Shown: positions 10,367 through 21,508, counted from the first letter of the stretch. The stretch: DNA of 64,000 nucleotides from Spirochaetia bacterium (GCA_965203905.1 CBDBDQ010000005.1:5536001-5600000), one strand, 5' to 3'. A program made the numbers and translations. Notes: a model not told the origin generated them from the letters alone.

Positions 10367-11079
10367 ATCTCCGTAAGCCGCGGCGCGTTGCCGTGGCCGC
10401 GCTGGACCTGCTGTTCCCGCAGCGGTGCGCGGGTTGCGCCGCGGAGCTGGCGCCCGGTTCTGGCGCCGTCCCCCTGTGCCGGCGCTGCCGCCGGAGGGTG
10501 CATGCGGCGCTGCGCCAGCCGGCCGGCCACTGCGGCCGCTGCGGAGCAGCGGTGCTGCCGGAACAGGACACTCCCTGCCTCGGCTGCCGTGACCGGGAGC
10601 TGGCGTTCCTGTCTCACGAGGCGCTGTTCGACTACCGCGGCCTGGCGCAGGATATCCTGCAGGAATTCAAGTTCTCGGGTTGCACCGGGCTGGCGGCATG
10701 GCTCGCCGGGCTGCTGGCGCGCCGCATCCGGGCCGGCTACGTCGATGCCGTGGTAGTGCCGGTGCCCGCGCGCCTGCAGCGCATTCGCCGCTACGGCTAC
10801 GATGGCGTGGACCTGATTGCCCGCCACCTTCAGCACACGCATCGCGTACCGGTGCAGCGACTCCTGCGGCGGCGCCGCGGGCGCCAGCAGAAGGGGTTGG
10901 ACTTCGCCGCCCGTTCCGGCAACCTGGAGGGGCGCATCCGCCTGCTGCGGCGGTCGGCGCAACCGGTCCTGCTCATCGATGACGTGTACACCACCGGTGC
11001 CACGACCAACGAATGCGCTGCCCTGCTGGCCGCGTCCGGTACGCCGCAGGTGCGAGTACTGACCCTGATGCAGGACTGA
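10363..11079 (+). CDS. comF: ComF family protein (double zinc ribbon + phosphoribosyltransferase)
   Basis: CxxC pairs, VPVP, LLIDDVYTTGAT. Confidence 0.9.
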   Translation: MNLRKPRRVAVAALDLLFPQRCAGCAAELAPGSGAVPLCRRCRRRVHAALRQPAGHCGRCGAAVLPEQDTPCLGCRDRELAFLSHEALFDYRGLAQDILQEFKFSGCTGLAAWLAGLLARRIRAGYVDAVVVPVPARLQRIRRYGYDGVDLIARHLQHTHRVPVQRLLRRRRGRQQKGLDFAARSGNLEGRIRLLRRSAQPVLLIDDVYTTGATTNECAALLAASGTPQVRVLTLMQD

Positions 11080-11112
11080 GTCGTGGCAAGCCCTCTCGGC
11101 ATTTCTTTTCGG

Positions 11113-11142
11113 TTGACAGAGAGGGTGGCACGGGTCTACGTT
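11113..11142 (+). promoter_or_regulatory. Putative sigma70 promoter of the rimP-nusA-infB operon
   Basis: TTGACA (11113-11118), 18-bp spacer, TACGTT (11137-11142). Confidence 0.6.
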
Positions 11143-11170
11143 AGCGATGATCTATAGTGCAGCAATGGAG

Positions 11171-11198
11171 AAAAGAGTCGCGTCGCCGGCTCTTTTTT
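11171..11198 (+). terminator. rimP leader hairpin / attenuator-like terminator
   Basis: AAAAGAGTCG-cgtcgc-CGGCTCTTTT stem ending in a T6 run, between the promoter and rimP; position typical of rimP leaders. Confidence 0.7.
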
Positions 11199-11228
11199 GG
11201 TTCTCATACAACGGAGTGCTAGTTCCTC

Positions 11229-11711
11229 ATGCAGGCGGCGCGGGACACCACCGATCAGCATCTCAGAGAAGCGCTGGAGCCACTTGTCGAAGCCGAGGGT
11301 TTCCAGTGCGTCGAGGTGCAACTCCAGCGTTCTCGGCGTGCGCGTCGCCTGCGGGTAATTGTGTATCGCGAGTCCGGCATGGACGCCTACTCCCTGGAGC
11401 GGCTCACGCGCGGGATACAGTTCCATCTGCCGCTGATCGCGGATCCCGACGGCGGCGCCCTGAACGATCTGACGCTGGAGGTAAGTTCACCGGGGATCGA
11501 ACGCGCCTTACGGCAGCCGCACGAGTACGCCATCTTCGTGGGAAAGGCGGTGCGGGTGTTGCGCGACAACTCCACGACCTGGGAGCACGCCGTTATCGAA
11601 CGCGCTGCCGGCGACCACGTAACGTTGCGTTTCGCCGGCACCACGACTACCGTGCCCATTGCCAACATTCGGCGAGCGCAGCTCACCGGCGCTGAAACAG
11701 GGGGAGCCTAA
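11229..11711 (+). CDS. rimP: Ribosome maturation factor RimP
   Basis: LEVSSPGIERAL motif; directly upstream of nusA. Confidence 0.93.
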   Translation: MQAARDTTDQHLREALEPLVEAEGFQCVEVQLQRSRRARRLRVIVYRESGMDAYSLERLTRGIQFHLPLIADPDGGALNDLTLEVSSPGIERALRQPHEYAIFVGKAVRVLRDNSTTWEHAVIERAAGDHVTLRFAGTTTTVPIANIRRAQLTGAETGGA

Positions 11712-13378
11712 TGTCGAGCGAAATGGCGCTTGCCATCCGCCAAATCATCCAGGAACGCGGGATCTCGGAAGAATTGGTGATGCACACGATCGAGGATACC
11801 CTGCTCGCCGCCTACAAGCGGAAGTACGGTACCATCGACAACGCGGTAGTGCGGTTTGCCGAAGATGCCACCTCGGTTTCGATTTACGCCCAGAAGAAAA
11901 TCGTTCCTGAACAGGAGATTCAGGATCCGGCGTTGGAGATTTCCCTGGCCGACGCCTTGACCTACAACGACGACGCCGAACTCGGCGATGAGCTGCTGAT
12001 CGAAATCAATCCGCGTGACTTCGACCGGGTGTCGATCCAGAGCGCCAAGCAGAAGGCCCGTCAATCGTTACGCGACATTCAGAAGGATACGCTCTATTCC
12101 GAGTTCAAGGACCGCGAGGGAGAGTTGATCGTCGGCTACTACCAGCGTGAGCGGAACGGCACCATCTTCGTCGACGTGGGGCGTACCGAGGGCATATTGC
12201 CGCGGCGCTACCAGTCGCCACGCGAAATCTACCGTCCCAATGACCGGGTTCGGGCCATGATCTACGAGGTGGAGAAGTCTGCGCTCGGGTTGCAGATCGT
12301 CCTGACCCGCACCCACACCGAGTTCGTCAAGAAGATCTTCGAGCTTGAGGTGCCCGAAATCTACGACCGTACCATCGAGATTCACAAGATGGTGCGCGAG
12401 CCGGGCTACCGCACCAAGATGTCGGTCTACTCGACTCGCGACGACGTCGATCCGGTGGGCGCCTGCGTCGGTATGCGCGGGGTCCGCATTCAATCGGTAG
12501 TACGGGAGTTGGAGGGGGAGAAGATCGACGTGCTGCGCTACGACCCGGATGTGCGGTCATTCATCACCGAGGCGTTGAAGCCGGCGGAGGTGGAGCAGGT
12601 CATCGTGCTCGACGAGGCCAAGCGCCAGGCCTTGGCGGTGGTTCCGGAGAGCCAGTTCTCACTCGCCATCGGCAAGCAGGGGCTGAATGTGAGGCTGGCC
12701 AACCGGCTCACCGATTGGAGCATCGACGTTCGTACCCGTGCCCAGGTGAACGAGATGGACATCGGTGCCGACTCGCAGCGTGCGGCGGCAGCGCTGTTCG
12801 GCGATGTGCAGGAAGAGATCACCGACGTGGCCGAGCTGCCGGGCATCGTGCCGCGGGTGGCCGCAGCGCTCAAGGCATCGGGTGTCGAGCTGCTGGAGAC
12901 CCTGGTAGCGATGGATGAAGAGCAGCTCCGCGCGGTGCCCGAGTTGTCGGAGCAGGATGTCGGTGAACTGCGCAAGTTGATCGAGGAGAACGTGGAGATC
13001 GTGGAAGAGGAAGCCGGCGCCGCCGAGGACAAGGAGGAGGAGGCCGGGGAGGCGGTCGCGCTGGAACCGCCGCCGAGCGTCGATGAGGCGCCGGCCGTGA
13101 CGCCGGAAAGGACGGTCGACAGCACCTCCGTTGCCGAGGAAGCTGTCGCTGAGGATGGCGCAGAATCGGAGGAGCTGGTGCGCGCGAGTGAGCTGCCGGG
13201 GCTTCCGGAGGGAATCGCCGCCGCATTGGTCGCCGCCGGTCTGGATGATGTGGTGGAACTGGTGTCGATGAGCGAACAACAGCTTGCCGCGGTCGAGGGG
13301 CTTGCTCCCGACGATGTGACGACACTGTTGCAGGTCATCGAAGAAAACGTCGAGGTGGTAGAGGAAGAAGAGTCCTGA
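11711..13378 (+). CDS. nusA: Transcription termination/antitermination factor NusA
   Basis: S1 and KH domains (REPGYRTK, DPVGACVGMRGVRIQ, SLAIGKQGLNVRLA) and an acidic C-terminal duplication. Confidence 0.97.
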   Translation: MSSEMALAIRQIIQERGISEELVMHTIEDTLLAAYKRKYGTIDNAVVRFAEDATSVSIYAQKKIVPEQEIQDPALEISLADALTYNDDAELGDELLIEINPRDFDRVSIQSAKQKARQSLRDIQKDTLYSEFKDREGELIVGYYQRERNGTIFVDVGRTEGILPRRYQSPREIYRPNDRVRAMIYEVEKSALGLQIVLTRTHTEFVKKIFELEVPEIYDRTIEIHKMVREPGYRTKMSVYSTRDDVDPVGACVGMRGVRIQSVVRELEGEKIDVLRYDPDVRSFITEALKPAEVEQVIVLDEAKRQALAVVPESQFSLAIGKQGLNVRLANRLTDWSIDVRTRAQVNEMDIGADSQRAAAALFGDVQEEITDVAELPGIVPRVAAALKASGVELLETLVAMDEEQLRAVPELSEQDVGELRKLIEENVEIVEEEAGAAEDKEEEAGEAVALEPPPSVDEAPAVTPERTVDSTSVAEEAVAEDGAESEELVRASELPGLPEGIAAALVAAGLDDVVELVSMSEQQLAAVEGLAPDDVTTLLQVIEENVEVVEEEES

Positions 13379-13393
13379 ACCATGCACGGTCGA

Positions 13394-13423
13394 TTGACAG
13401 GCCCCTGCGGCTTCCCGGATACT
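13394..13423 (+). promoter_or_regulatory. Possible internal promoter for infB
   Basis: TTGACA (13394-13399), 18 bp, GATACT (13418-13423) in the nusA-infB gap. Confidence 0.4.
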
Positions 13424-13491
13424 TGGCTTCTGGTTGCGTGCCTGCGATGTGGTCAAGAAAGCTCGCCGGCACAGGATTAGACTAACTGAGA

Positions 13492-16400
13492 ATGAGCGAC
13501 GACAAGCCCAAGGCCACCCCCGAGCGTCCCCTCGAGCCGCAGGACTCCGAAGAAAAACGGAGGCCCAAGGCTACCCTCATCAAGCGCAAGCCCGAGCCGC
13601 CCAAGGCGGTGGAGGCGGTCGCGCACCAGGATCGTGACCGGCACGAAGGCGGCCGGGCCGACGGGGCTCGTCCGGACACCGAGCGCCGGCGGATTGTCGT
13701 CGTCAAGAAGTCGCGACGGGCGGTGGTGCTCAAGCGCAAACCGTCTACGGCGCCGGCGCCCGGGCCCGAGCCGGCCGCGAAGGCGCCCGCGCGCGAGTCC
13801 CGCCCTGCGGCGGCCGCGGGCGAACCGCACCAGGCACCGGCAAAACAGCGACCGGCTGCGCCGCGCCCGGCTCCCGCGGCGACGTCGCCCCAGCCACCGT
13901 CTGCACCGCGGCCGTCGCCCAGCGCGTCGGCTCCGCCTGCCGCGAAGCGACCGCCGGGTGCCCACGACAGCGGCAGCGCCGCCTCGGCGCCGGCGCGCGC
14001 CGACCGGTCGAGCCCGGAGCGGCCGGCCACGGGCGTCGATCCGAAGCGTCGTCCGGAGGGTCCCAGCCGGCGCCCGCCGCCAGCGTCGCGCCCTGCGCCC
14101 GCGCAGCCGCCGGGACGGAGAGAGGATCGTTCCGCCGGCGCCGGACCGCCGCGCGACGCCGCAGCGGGAAGGTTCGGTCCGGGCCGCCGCCTGACCTCTT
14201 CCGCCGATCGCATCCGGGCGGCGGAGGAGCCGTTGCGGCCGATTTCCCGGGCCCGGGACAGCGATCAGCCGCTCCCGGAGATCCGCGACCGTTTCCGCCG
14301 GCGCCCGGCGCCGCGCACACCGGGGCGCGGACGCATGCCGCCGCCGCGTACCGGCGGTTTCCGGACACCAGGCGAGCGTGGCCCCGGAGGCGGGAGGCCA
14401 TCAGCGAGCGGCCCGCGCGGTGCCGGCGCGCCGTTGCGCAGTCGTCCCCCTGCGGGACGCGGCGGCGGCAGACTCGGACCGCCGCGTGGCGGTGGACCAC
14501 GTGGCGGCGGGCCGTCGGCGCCACCCATCAGCGACGGGCGCACCGGCGGCAAGAAGTTCTTCCGTACCAAGCGCCGCAGCAGCGTGGGCTACCACATCGG
14601 ACCGGAGGAGCACGAGGAGAAGATCTCCCTCACCCGCAAGAAACCGGTACCGGTTGCCAACCCGGTGCCCAAGGAGATCGACATTCTCGAGGTGATCACG
14701 GTCTCGGAACTGGCCCGCAAGCTGAATCTCAAGGCCTCCGACCTGATCGCCAAGCTGATGGCCATGGGCACCATGGTTACCATCAATCAGCAGATCGACG
14801 CCGATACCGCCACCCTGTTGGCGGACGAGTACGGTTGCAAGGTCAACGTGGTCTCCCTGTTCGACGAGACGGTCATCGAGGAGGATGAGGACACCGCCGA
14901 GAACATGCAGCCGCGGCCTCCCATCGTCACCATCATGGGACATGTCGATCACGGCAAGACCAAGCTGCTCGATGCCATTCGCCAGACCAACGTGGCCGAT
15001 GCAGAGGCGGGGGGCATTACCCAGCATATCGGCGCCTATTCGGTCGAAACGCCGCGCGGTCGCATCGCGTTTCTGGACACCCCGGGGCACGCGGCGTTCA
15101 CCGAGATGCGCGCCCGCGGGGCACGGCTCACCGACATCGTGGTGCTGGTGGTGGCCGCCGACGACGGCCTGATGCCGCAGACCGTCGAGGCCATCAACCA
15201 TGCCAAGGCGGCGAACGTCCCCATTATCGTGGCGGTCAACAAGATCGACCTGCCAGACGCCAATCCGGAGCGTGTCAGGCAGCAGCTGTCCGGCCATGAG
15301 CTCATCTCCGAGGAGTGGGGCGGCTCGACGCTGTTCAACGAGATTTCAGCACTGAACGGGACCGGGATCGAGGAGCTGCTGGACAACATCCTGTTGCAGG
15401 CCGAGTTGATGGAGCTCAAGGCCAACTACCAGGCGCGTGCGGTGGGCCGGGTAGTGGAGTCCGCGGTGGATCTCGGGCGCGGCATCGTGGCAACCGTGAT
15501 GATTCAGAAGGGCACCCTGCGTACCGGCGACTCCTTCGTCGGCGGCGTGTTCCCCGGCAAGGTGCGGGCCATGTTTACCGACCGTGGCGAGCGCGTTGCC
15601 GAAGCGACGCCTGCGCAGCCGATTCAGATCGTCGGGCTTGCCGGGTTGCCGGAGGCCGGCGATCCGTTCCAGGCCACCGAGAATGAAAAGACCGCGCGTC
15701 AGGTGGGTGCCAAGCGTCAGGAACTGAAGAAAGCGGAAGAGGCCCAGAACGTTACCAAGGTTACCCTGGACAACCTCTACCAGCAGATCAGCGAAGGCGA
15801 GGCCAAGGAGCTCAAGCTCATCATCAAGGGCGATGTCCACGGCTCGGTGGAAGCGTTGCGGAGCGCTCTCGAACGCCTCAGCACCGCCGAAATCAAGTTG
15901 AGCGTAATTCACTCGGCGGCCGGCGCGGTGAACAAGGACGATGTGGCGCTGGCATCGGCGTCGAATGCGATCATCGTCGGCTTTCACATCCGTCCCGCGC
16001 CCAACGCTCAGGCGCTGGCCGAGCAGGAAAAAGTGGAAATACGGAAGTACGACATCATCTACGAGGTGATCGATGACGTCCGCGCCGCCATGGAGGGTCT
16101 GCTGACACCGGACATCCTCGAGGATACGGTCGGCAGCGTGGAGGTGCGCGAGCTGTTCCGTATTTCACGAGTCGGTACCATTGCCGGCAGCTACGTGATA
16201 TCGGGAACGGTGCGCCGCGGCGCACTCGCCCAGGTGATACGCGACGGCCGCCCCGTGTACCGCGGCAAGATCGTCACCCTGCGGCGCTTCAAGGACGACG
16301 TGCGCGAAGTGGAGTCGGGCTTCGAGTGCGGCATTCGCATCGAAGGCTTCAACGACGTCAAGGCAGGCGATACCATCGACGTCATCGAACAGCGTACGGT

Positions 16401-16497
16401 AGCCAGGAAACTCGGCGAGCCGACCACCAACGGTACGGTTCGGCCGGCGCGGGAAAGGCGTCCACAGCATGTCGGAACTCCGGCTGAGAAGGGTTGA
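13492..16497 (+). CDS. infB: Translation initiation factor IF-2
   Basis: [21 protein letters not shown]-domain motifs; long Pro/Arg/Gly-rich N-terminus. Confidence 0.98.
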   Translation: MSDDKPKATPERPLEPQDSEEKRRPKATLIKRKPEPPKAVEAVAHQDRDRHEGGRADGARPDTERRRIVVVKKSRRAVVLKRKPSTAPAPGPEPAAKAPARESRPAAAAGEPHQAPAKQRPAAPRPAPAATSPQPPSAPRPSPSASAPPAAKRPPGAHDSGSAASAPARADRSSPERPATGVDPKRRPEGPSRRPPPASRPAPAQPPGRREDRSAGAGPPRDAAAGRFGPGRRLTSSADRIRAAEEPLRPISRARDSDQPLPEIRDRFRRRPAPRTPGRGRMPPPRTGGFRTPGERGPGGGRPSASGPRGAGAPLRSRPPAGRGGGRLGPPRGGGPRGGGPSAPPISDGRTGGKKFFRTKRRSSVGYHIGPEEHEEKISLTRKKPVPVANPVPKEIDILEVITVSELARKLNLKASDLIAKLMAMGTMVTINQQIDADTATLLADEYGCKVNVVSLFDETVIEEDEDTAENMQPRPPIVTIMGHVDHGKTKLLDAIRQTNVADAEAGGITQHIGAYSVETPRGRIAFLDTPGHAAFTEMRARGARLTDIVVLVVAADDGLMPQTVEAINHAKAANVPIIVAVNKIDLPDANPERVRQQLSGHELISEEWGGSTLFNEISALNGTGIEELLDNILLQAELMELKANYQARAVGRVVESAVDLGRGIVATVMIQKGTLRTGDSFVGGVFPGKVRAMFTDRGERVAEATPAQPIQIVGLAGLPEAGDPFQATENEKTARQVGAKRQELKKAEEAQNVTKVTLDNLYQQISEGEAKELKLIIKGDVHGSVEALRSALERLSTAEIKLSVIHSAAGAVNKDDVALASASNAIIVGFHIRPAPNAQALAEQEKVEIRKYDIIYEVIDDVRAAMEGLLTPDILEDTVGSVEVRELFRISRVGTIAGSYVISGTVRRGALAQVIRDGRPVYRGKIVTLRRFKDDVREVESGFECGIRIEGFNDVKAGDTIDVIEQRTVARKLGEPTTNGTVRPARERRPQHVGTPAEKG

Positions 16498-16816
16498 GAG
16501 CTTTCTCGGCGCCGAGATAAGCCGCCTGATCAGCAGCAACACGCTCAAGGATCCCAGGGTCGACTCGTTGGTAACCGTTGCCGGGGTCCGTGTGGCCAAG
16601 GACCTGACGTCGGCACGGGTCTACGTTTCCTATTACGGCGATCAGCAGGTACTTGCCGCCACCGTGGCCGCCCTCAACCATGCCGCCGGATTCATCCAGG
16701 CCCGCATCGGGCGCCAGTTGCGGATGCGGCATACGCCCAGGTTGCGGTTCATCGCCGATACCTCGATCCTGGACGGATTCCGCGTTACCCAGCAGCTCAA
16801 GGACGTGAAGCGCTGA
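16469..16816 (+). CDS. rbfA: 30S ribosome-binding factor A
   Basis: LKDPRV, DLTSARVYVS, LRMRHTPRLRF; overlaps the infB 3' end. Confidence 0.95.
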   Translation: MSELRLRRVESFLGAEISRLISSNTLKDPRVDSLVTVAGVRVAKDLTSARVYVSYYGDQQVLAATVAALNHAAGFIQARIGRQLRMRHTPRLRFIADTSILDGFRVTQQLKDVKR

Positions 16817-16827
16817 CCGGCAGTCGT

Positions 16828-17715
16828 GTGGCGACGCTGCCGATGGGCGGCCTGGTGCTCTTGGACAAACCGGAAGGAGTATCCAGCTTCCAGTGCCTCG
16901 GACCGATCAAGCGGGCACTCGGCTCGCGGCGGGTAGGCCACATCGGCACCCTGGACCCGTTCGCCAGCGGCCTGCTCGGTGCCGTCACCCAGCGCGCTAC
17001 CCGCCTCGCGCCGCTGTTGAACGGGCTGGAAAAGCGCTATCGGGCGGTGATCCGGTTCGGTGTCGAAACCGATACCCTGGACCCGGAGGGGAGTGTGGTG
17101 CACGAGGCGCCGGTGCCCGATCTGGCCCGCATCCGGCGAGCGCTGCCGGCGCTGACGGGCCGCCTGCGCCAGCGGCCGCCCATGTTCTCGGCGGTACAGG
17201 TGGGTGGCCAGCGCGCCTACGCCATGGCACGTCGTGGCCAGGAGCCCGATCTGCCGGTGCGCGAGGTAGCGGTGACGGCGGTGGATCTGGTGCACTGGCG
17301 GGCCCCGGAGCTGACGGTGACGTTGACCGGCAGTGCAGGCATGTACGTACGCTCGTGGGCGCGCGACCTGGGGCGTGCGGCCGGCTCGTGTGCTTACGTG
17401 GTGCGGCTGAGGCGCGTGGCGATCGGCCCCTTCGGAAACGGCGAGGCGCTGGCCCCCGACCAGTTCCAGCCGCAACACGTGCTGCCGCCGGCGGCTTTCC
17501 TGAGCCGTCTTCCGGGGGTGCGAAGGCTTCGAGTAAGGACGCGGTTCCGACAGTGCCTGGTGCGCGGGCAGCCGATCGGGGCCGAAATGTTCACCGCCGT
17601 GCCGGCGCCGGATGCGGGCCCCTACGCGGTGTTCGACGCGGATGAGCGCCTGCTGGCGGTGTTGCGCCGGAATCCCGATGGGTGGAGCTATGTCGGCGTG
17701 TTTGCGGACCGCTAG
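16828..17715 (+). CDS. truB: tRNA pseudouridine(55) synthase TruB
   Basis: LDKPEG, GHIGTLDPFASG, PPMFSAV, GMYVRS. Confidence 0.95.
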   Translation: MATLPMGGLVLLDKPEGVSSFQCLGPIKRALGSRRVGHIGTLDPFASGLLGAVTQRATRLAPLLNGLEKRYRAVIRFGVETDTLDPEGSVVHEAPVPDLARIRRALPALTGRLRQRPPMFSAVQVGGQRAYAMARRGQEPDLPVREVAVTAVDLVHWRAPELTVTLTGSAGMYVRSWARDLGRAAGSCAYVVRLRRVAIGPFGNGEALAPDQFQPQHVLPPAAFLSRLPGVRRLRVRTRFRQCLVRGQPIGAEMFTAVPAPDAGPYAVFDADERLLAVLRRNPDGWSYVGVFADR

Positions 17716-17746
17716 CAACGCAGGACCGATGAGGCTGGTGCGATAA

Positions 17747-18766
17747 ATGGTCGTCATCACGTGGGACGATCTGATCGCAGATCGTCGCGCCATCCGGGGT
17801 CCCGTGGCATTGACCATCGGTACCTTCGACGGGGTCCATCGCGGTCACCGCGAGATCTTGCGACGGCTGGCGGAATGTGGCGACATGCACCGGGTAGTGT
17901 TGACGTTTCGCCAGCATCCCCGTTCGGTACTGACCCGGCAGCACCCGGGTACGCTTACCACGTTGCGTCAACGCCGGGAGCGGTTCGCCGCGCTGGGCGT
18001 GACGCATCTGGTACTGATTGACTTTTCCGCCCAGTTCAGTAGACTATCTGGCAGAGAGTTCATCGTTGCGCTCCTGCGCGCCATGTCTCTCCGTAAGTTG
18101 GTGGTCGGTGTGGATTTTCGCTGCGGCCGTGGGCGCGACACCGACGTCGATGAATTACAGCGGCTCTTGGCTTCGGCGGGAGTTCAGGTTGTCGTCGTTC
18201 CTCCGGTACGGGTGGGCGGCGATTCTGATGCCCGGACTGTCGTTGGTAGTGGCATCGCCGCTCAGAGCGGTGCTGTGGCCGCTAACAGCGGGGCTACGGT
18301 CGCCGACCGCGGCACCGGGGTCGTTAGCAGCACAAGGATTCGGGCGTCGGTGCGGGCAGGGAACTTCGCAGCGACCCAAGAGATGATGGGCGTGCCGTTC
18401 GAGGTTGACCTTCGTGGGGTGGTTGCAGTGCCGCTACGAGCGTTGCTGCCACGACCAGTGCCTGCCAGCGGGTCCGCGGTTGACCGCGGGACCAACCGCT
18501 GGTGTATCGCCACGGAGCAGTTGGAGCAGATTCTCCCACAACCAGGGGTCTATGCCGCCTCCATGGTGGTAGTCGGCGGCGGCATGGTTGCCACCGAGGT
18601 CGAAGTAGCGCCCGACGGTGTGCACTATGAACTGCCGGGCTGTGAATCGGCTGAAACGGATTGCATCCCTCTGGCCTTGCGTTTTCACCGGCGGGTCGCC
18701 ACCCATCGCGGGGAGCAACCGGTTGCGGCAGACGGCGTGCCAGTCGCATCACGAGTACAGGAGTAG
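17747..18766 (+). CDS. ribF: FAD synthetase (RibF family), kinase half apparently degenerate
   Basis: [12 protein letters not shown] and VSSTRIR adenylyltransferase motifs; no PTAN kinase motif visible. Confidence 0.85.
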   Translation: MVVITWDDLIADRRAIRGPVALTIGTFDGVHRGHREILRRLAECGDMHRVVLTFRQHPRSVLTRQHPGTLTTLRQRRERFAALGVTHLVLIDFSAQFSRLSGREFIVALLRAMSLRKLVVGVDFRCGRGRDTDVDELQRLLASAGVQVVVVPPVRVGGDSDARTVVGSGIAAQSGAVAANSGATVADRGTGVVSSTRIRASVRAGNFAATQEMMGVPFEVDLRGVVAVPLRALLPRPVPASGSAVDRGTNRWCIATEQLEQILPQPGVYAASMVVVGGGMVATEVEVAPDGVHYELPGCESAETDCIPLALRFHRRVATHRGEQPVAADGVPVASRVQE

Positions 18767-18774
18767 TAAGGATA

Positions 18775-19056
18775 TTGGCTCTGGAAGCAAAGGAAGTAAC
18801 GGCGATCATCAGTGAGTTCGGTGCTGATGACGACAGTAGCGGACGTGATACCGGGCGCACGGAAGTACAGATTGCGTTGCTCACGCGGCGTATTCAACAG
18901 TTGACCGAACACTTTCGCGACCACCGCAAGGACCACGCCTCCCGTCGCGGCCTGTTGAAGCTGGTAGGCAAGCGGCGCCGGCTCCTGCGCTACTTGCGCA
19001 ACACCAACCTGGAGCGCTACCGCGCGATTCTGGCCGCCCTCGGCCTGCGCCGTTAG
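18775..19056 (+). CDS. rpsO: 30S ribosomal protein S15
   Basis: [35 protein letters not shown]; TTG start at 18775 after AAGGA. Confidence 0.97.
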   Translation: MALEAKEVTAIISEFGADDDSSGRDTGRTEVQIALLTRRIQQLTEHFRDHRKDHASRRGLLKLVGKRRRLLRYLRNTNLERYRAILAALGLRR

Positions 19057-19174
19057 CGGCGCTGACGGGCGCTGGTACGCGTCGGAAGCGCGTCGCGGCG
19101 GACGCCTCCGACCGCGGCCGGCCGTGGCACGGGTCCACGGTGCCGACGCAAAGAAGCAGACAAGGAACTGACTA

Positions 19175-21508
19175 ATGTTACAACGAGTTAGCTGCCAAGT
19201 GGGCAGCCAGGAATTGATTCTGGAGACCGGACGCCTGGCGCGTCAGGCGAATGGCGCCGTCTACGCAGAGTATGGCGGGTCAGCCGTGCTCGCCACGGTA
19301 TGCTGTTCGGAAGACACCATCGAGGGACTGGACTACGTACCGCTGCAGGTGGAGTACAACGAAAAGGCGTACGCGGCCGGCAAGATACCGGGATCGATCT
19401 TCAAGCGCGAGGGGCGGCCCAAGGATCGCGAGATCCTGGTGTCGCGGCTCATCGACCGGCCCCTGCGGCCGCTGTTCAGCAAGGCGTTCAAGCGTGACAT
19501 CCAACTTGTGCCCACGGTGATCTCCGCCGATCAGGAGAACCCCCCGGACGTCGTTGCGATGGTGGCGGCGTCGGCGGCGGTGGCGGTCTCCGACATACCG
19601 TTCGACGGTCCGGTAGGTGCCGTGCGCGTCGCCGAAGTGAATGGCGAGTTGCTGGTCAACCCGACCTACGAGCAGCGCGACGGGGCGAGCCTGGAGATCG
19701 TGGTTGCGGGCACGGACACCGGAATCACCATGGTCGAGGGCGGCGCCGACGAGGCCAGCGAGGAACGCATGGTGGAGGCCGTGACCCTGGCCCACGAGCG
19801 CATCAAGGAGCTGTGCGCGTTGCAGCTCGAACTGGTCACCGCGGCTCGCCGCGGCGACAAGCTGCCGCTGCCGCCCGCTCCGGCGCCGCTGGCGGTACGC
19901 GACGACCTGTGGCAGTGGGCGCTGCCGAAGATGCAAGAGGCGTGCTTCGTCAAGGGCAAGTTCGAGCGCACCGACGCGATCAAGGAAGTCAACGCCGCCG
20001 CCCTCGACCAGTTCGCGGATCGCATTGCGGAGGACGAGCGGGGTCGAGCTGACGCGCTGTTGGAGGAGCTGGAGACCCACGTGGTACGCGAGTCGATCCT
20101 GTCACGGCAGGTGCGGACTGACGGCCGTGGTCCTGACGACATTCGTCCGATCACCTGTGAGATCGACGTGCTGCCGCGGGCTCACGGCGCCGCCCTGTTC
20201 ACCCGCGGCGAGACCCAGTCCCTGGCGCTGACCACGCTGGGCAGCGAGAGCGACGAGCTGCGCGTCCTGGATGCCTTGGAGACCGATCAGGACACCCGCA
20301 AGGGCTTCATGCTGCATTACAACTTTCCGCCCTTCTCGGTGGGAGAGACCGGGCGGCTCGGTACCGGACGTCGCGAGGTCGGTCACGGCCACCTGGCCGA
20401 GCGGGCGCTGGAGGGGATGATTCCGCCCAAGGAGGAGTTCCCCTACACGATCCGCCTGGTCTCCGAGATCCTGGAGTCCAACGGCTCTTCCTCGATGGCG
20501 TCGGTGTGCGGCGGAACCTTGAGTCTGCTCAACGCGGGCGTGCCGATCAAGAAGTCGGTGGCCGGCATCGCCATGGGGCTGGTAACCGACGGCGACCGCC
20601 ACGTGGTGCTCAGCGACATCCTCGGCGAGGAGGATCACCTCGGCGACATGGACTTCAAGGTTGCCGGTACCGAGGATGGCATCACCGCCTTTCAGATGGA
20701 CATCAAGGTAGCCGGGGTGGACCGCTCCGTGTTGCAGCAGGCGCTGGAAAGGGCCAAGGCGGGACGCCTCAAGATACTGGAGATCATGGCCGCCACCATC
20801 GCCACCCCGCGGCGGGAGATTTCCGACCATGCCCCCAAGATCATGTCCACCTCCATCCCGGAGGACAAGATCGGCGCCTTGATCGGTCCCGGCGGAGCCA
20901 ACATTCGCTCGATTACCGAGCAGAGCGGGGCGGATGTAAACATCCGCGACGACGGCACCGTGCTGATCTACGCGCGACGCAAGCAGGGTGCGGACAAGGC
21001 CTTGCAGTTGATCGAAGCCGCGGTCGAGGAGCCCGAGGTCGGCAAGGATTACGACGGAGTCGTAAAGCGCATCATGGACTTTGGCGCGTTCGTCGAGTTC
21101 CTCCCCGGCAAGGAGGGCTTGCTGCACATCTCCAAGATTGCCCGCGAGCATGTCGACTCGGTATCCGATGTGCTGGAGCTCGGCCAGGAGGTACGGGTGC
21201 GGCTGATCGAAATCGACCGTCTCGGACGCGCCAACCTGGCCAACGCCGATGCGTTCGACAGCGACGAACTGCCGGTAGGCCGCTTCGCCGACTCGCGTCC
21301 GGCCCTGGCAAATCGCCGCGGCAATGGCGGCCGCCCCGGCGACGGCGGCCGCTCGCGTGACGGGCGGCGCGACGGCGGCCGGCGTGATGGAGGCTGGGGG
21401 CGCGACGGAAACCGCGATCGCCGGTCCGACCGTGGACGCCCGCCGCGCCGTGGCCGCGACCGCGATCGCGGGCGTTCCGACTCGGGCCATCACCGGAGCG
21501 ACGGTTGA
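19175..21508 (+). CDS. pnp: Polyribonucleotide nucleotidyltransferase (PNPase)
   Basis: ETGRLARQANG, FTRGETQ, ESNGSSSMASVC, GDMDFKVAGT; KH and S1 domains. Confidence 0.98.
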   Translation: MLQRVSCQVGSQELILETGRLARQANGAVYAEYGGSAVLATVCCSEDTIEGLDYVPLQVEYNEKAYAAGKIPGSIFKREGRPKDREILVSRLIDRPLRPLFSKAFKRDIQLVPTVISADQENPPDVVAMVAASAAVAVSDIPFDGPVGAVRVAEVNGELLVNPTYEQRDGASLEIVVAGTDTGITMVEGGADEASEERMVEAVTLAHERIKELCALQLELVTAARRGDKLPLPPAPAPLAVRDDLWQWALPKMQEACFVKGKFERTDAIKEVNAAALDQFADRIAEDERGRADALLEELETHVVRESILSRQVRTDGRGPDDIRPITCEIDVLPRAHGAALFTRGETQSLALTTLGSESDELRVLDALETDQDTRKGFMLHYNFPPFSVGETGRLGTGRREVGHGHLAERALEGMIPPKEEFPYTIRLVSEILESNGSSSMASVCGGTLSLLNAGVPIKKSVAGIAMGLVTDGDRHVVLSDILGEEDHLGDMDFKVAGTEDGITAFQMDIKVAGVDRSVLQQALERAKAGRLKILEIMAATIATPRREISDHAPKIMSTSIPEDKIGALIGPGGANIRSITEQSGADVNIRDDGTVLIYARRKQGADKALQLIEAAVEEPEVGKDYDGVVKRIMDFGAFVEFLPGKEGLLHISKIAREHVDSVSDVLELGQEVRVRLIEIDRLGRANLANADAFDSDELPVGRFADSRPALANRRGNGGRPGDGGRSRDGRRDGGRRDGGWGRDGNRDRRSDRGRPPRRGRDRDRGRSDSGHHRSDG

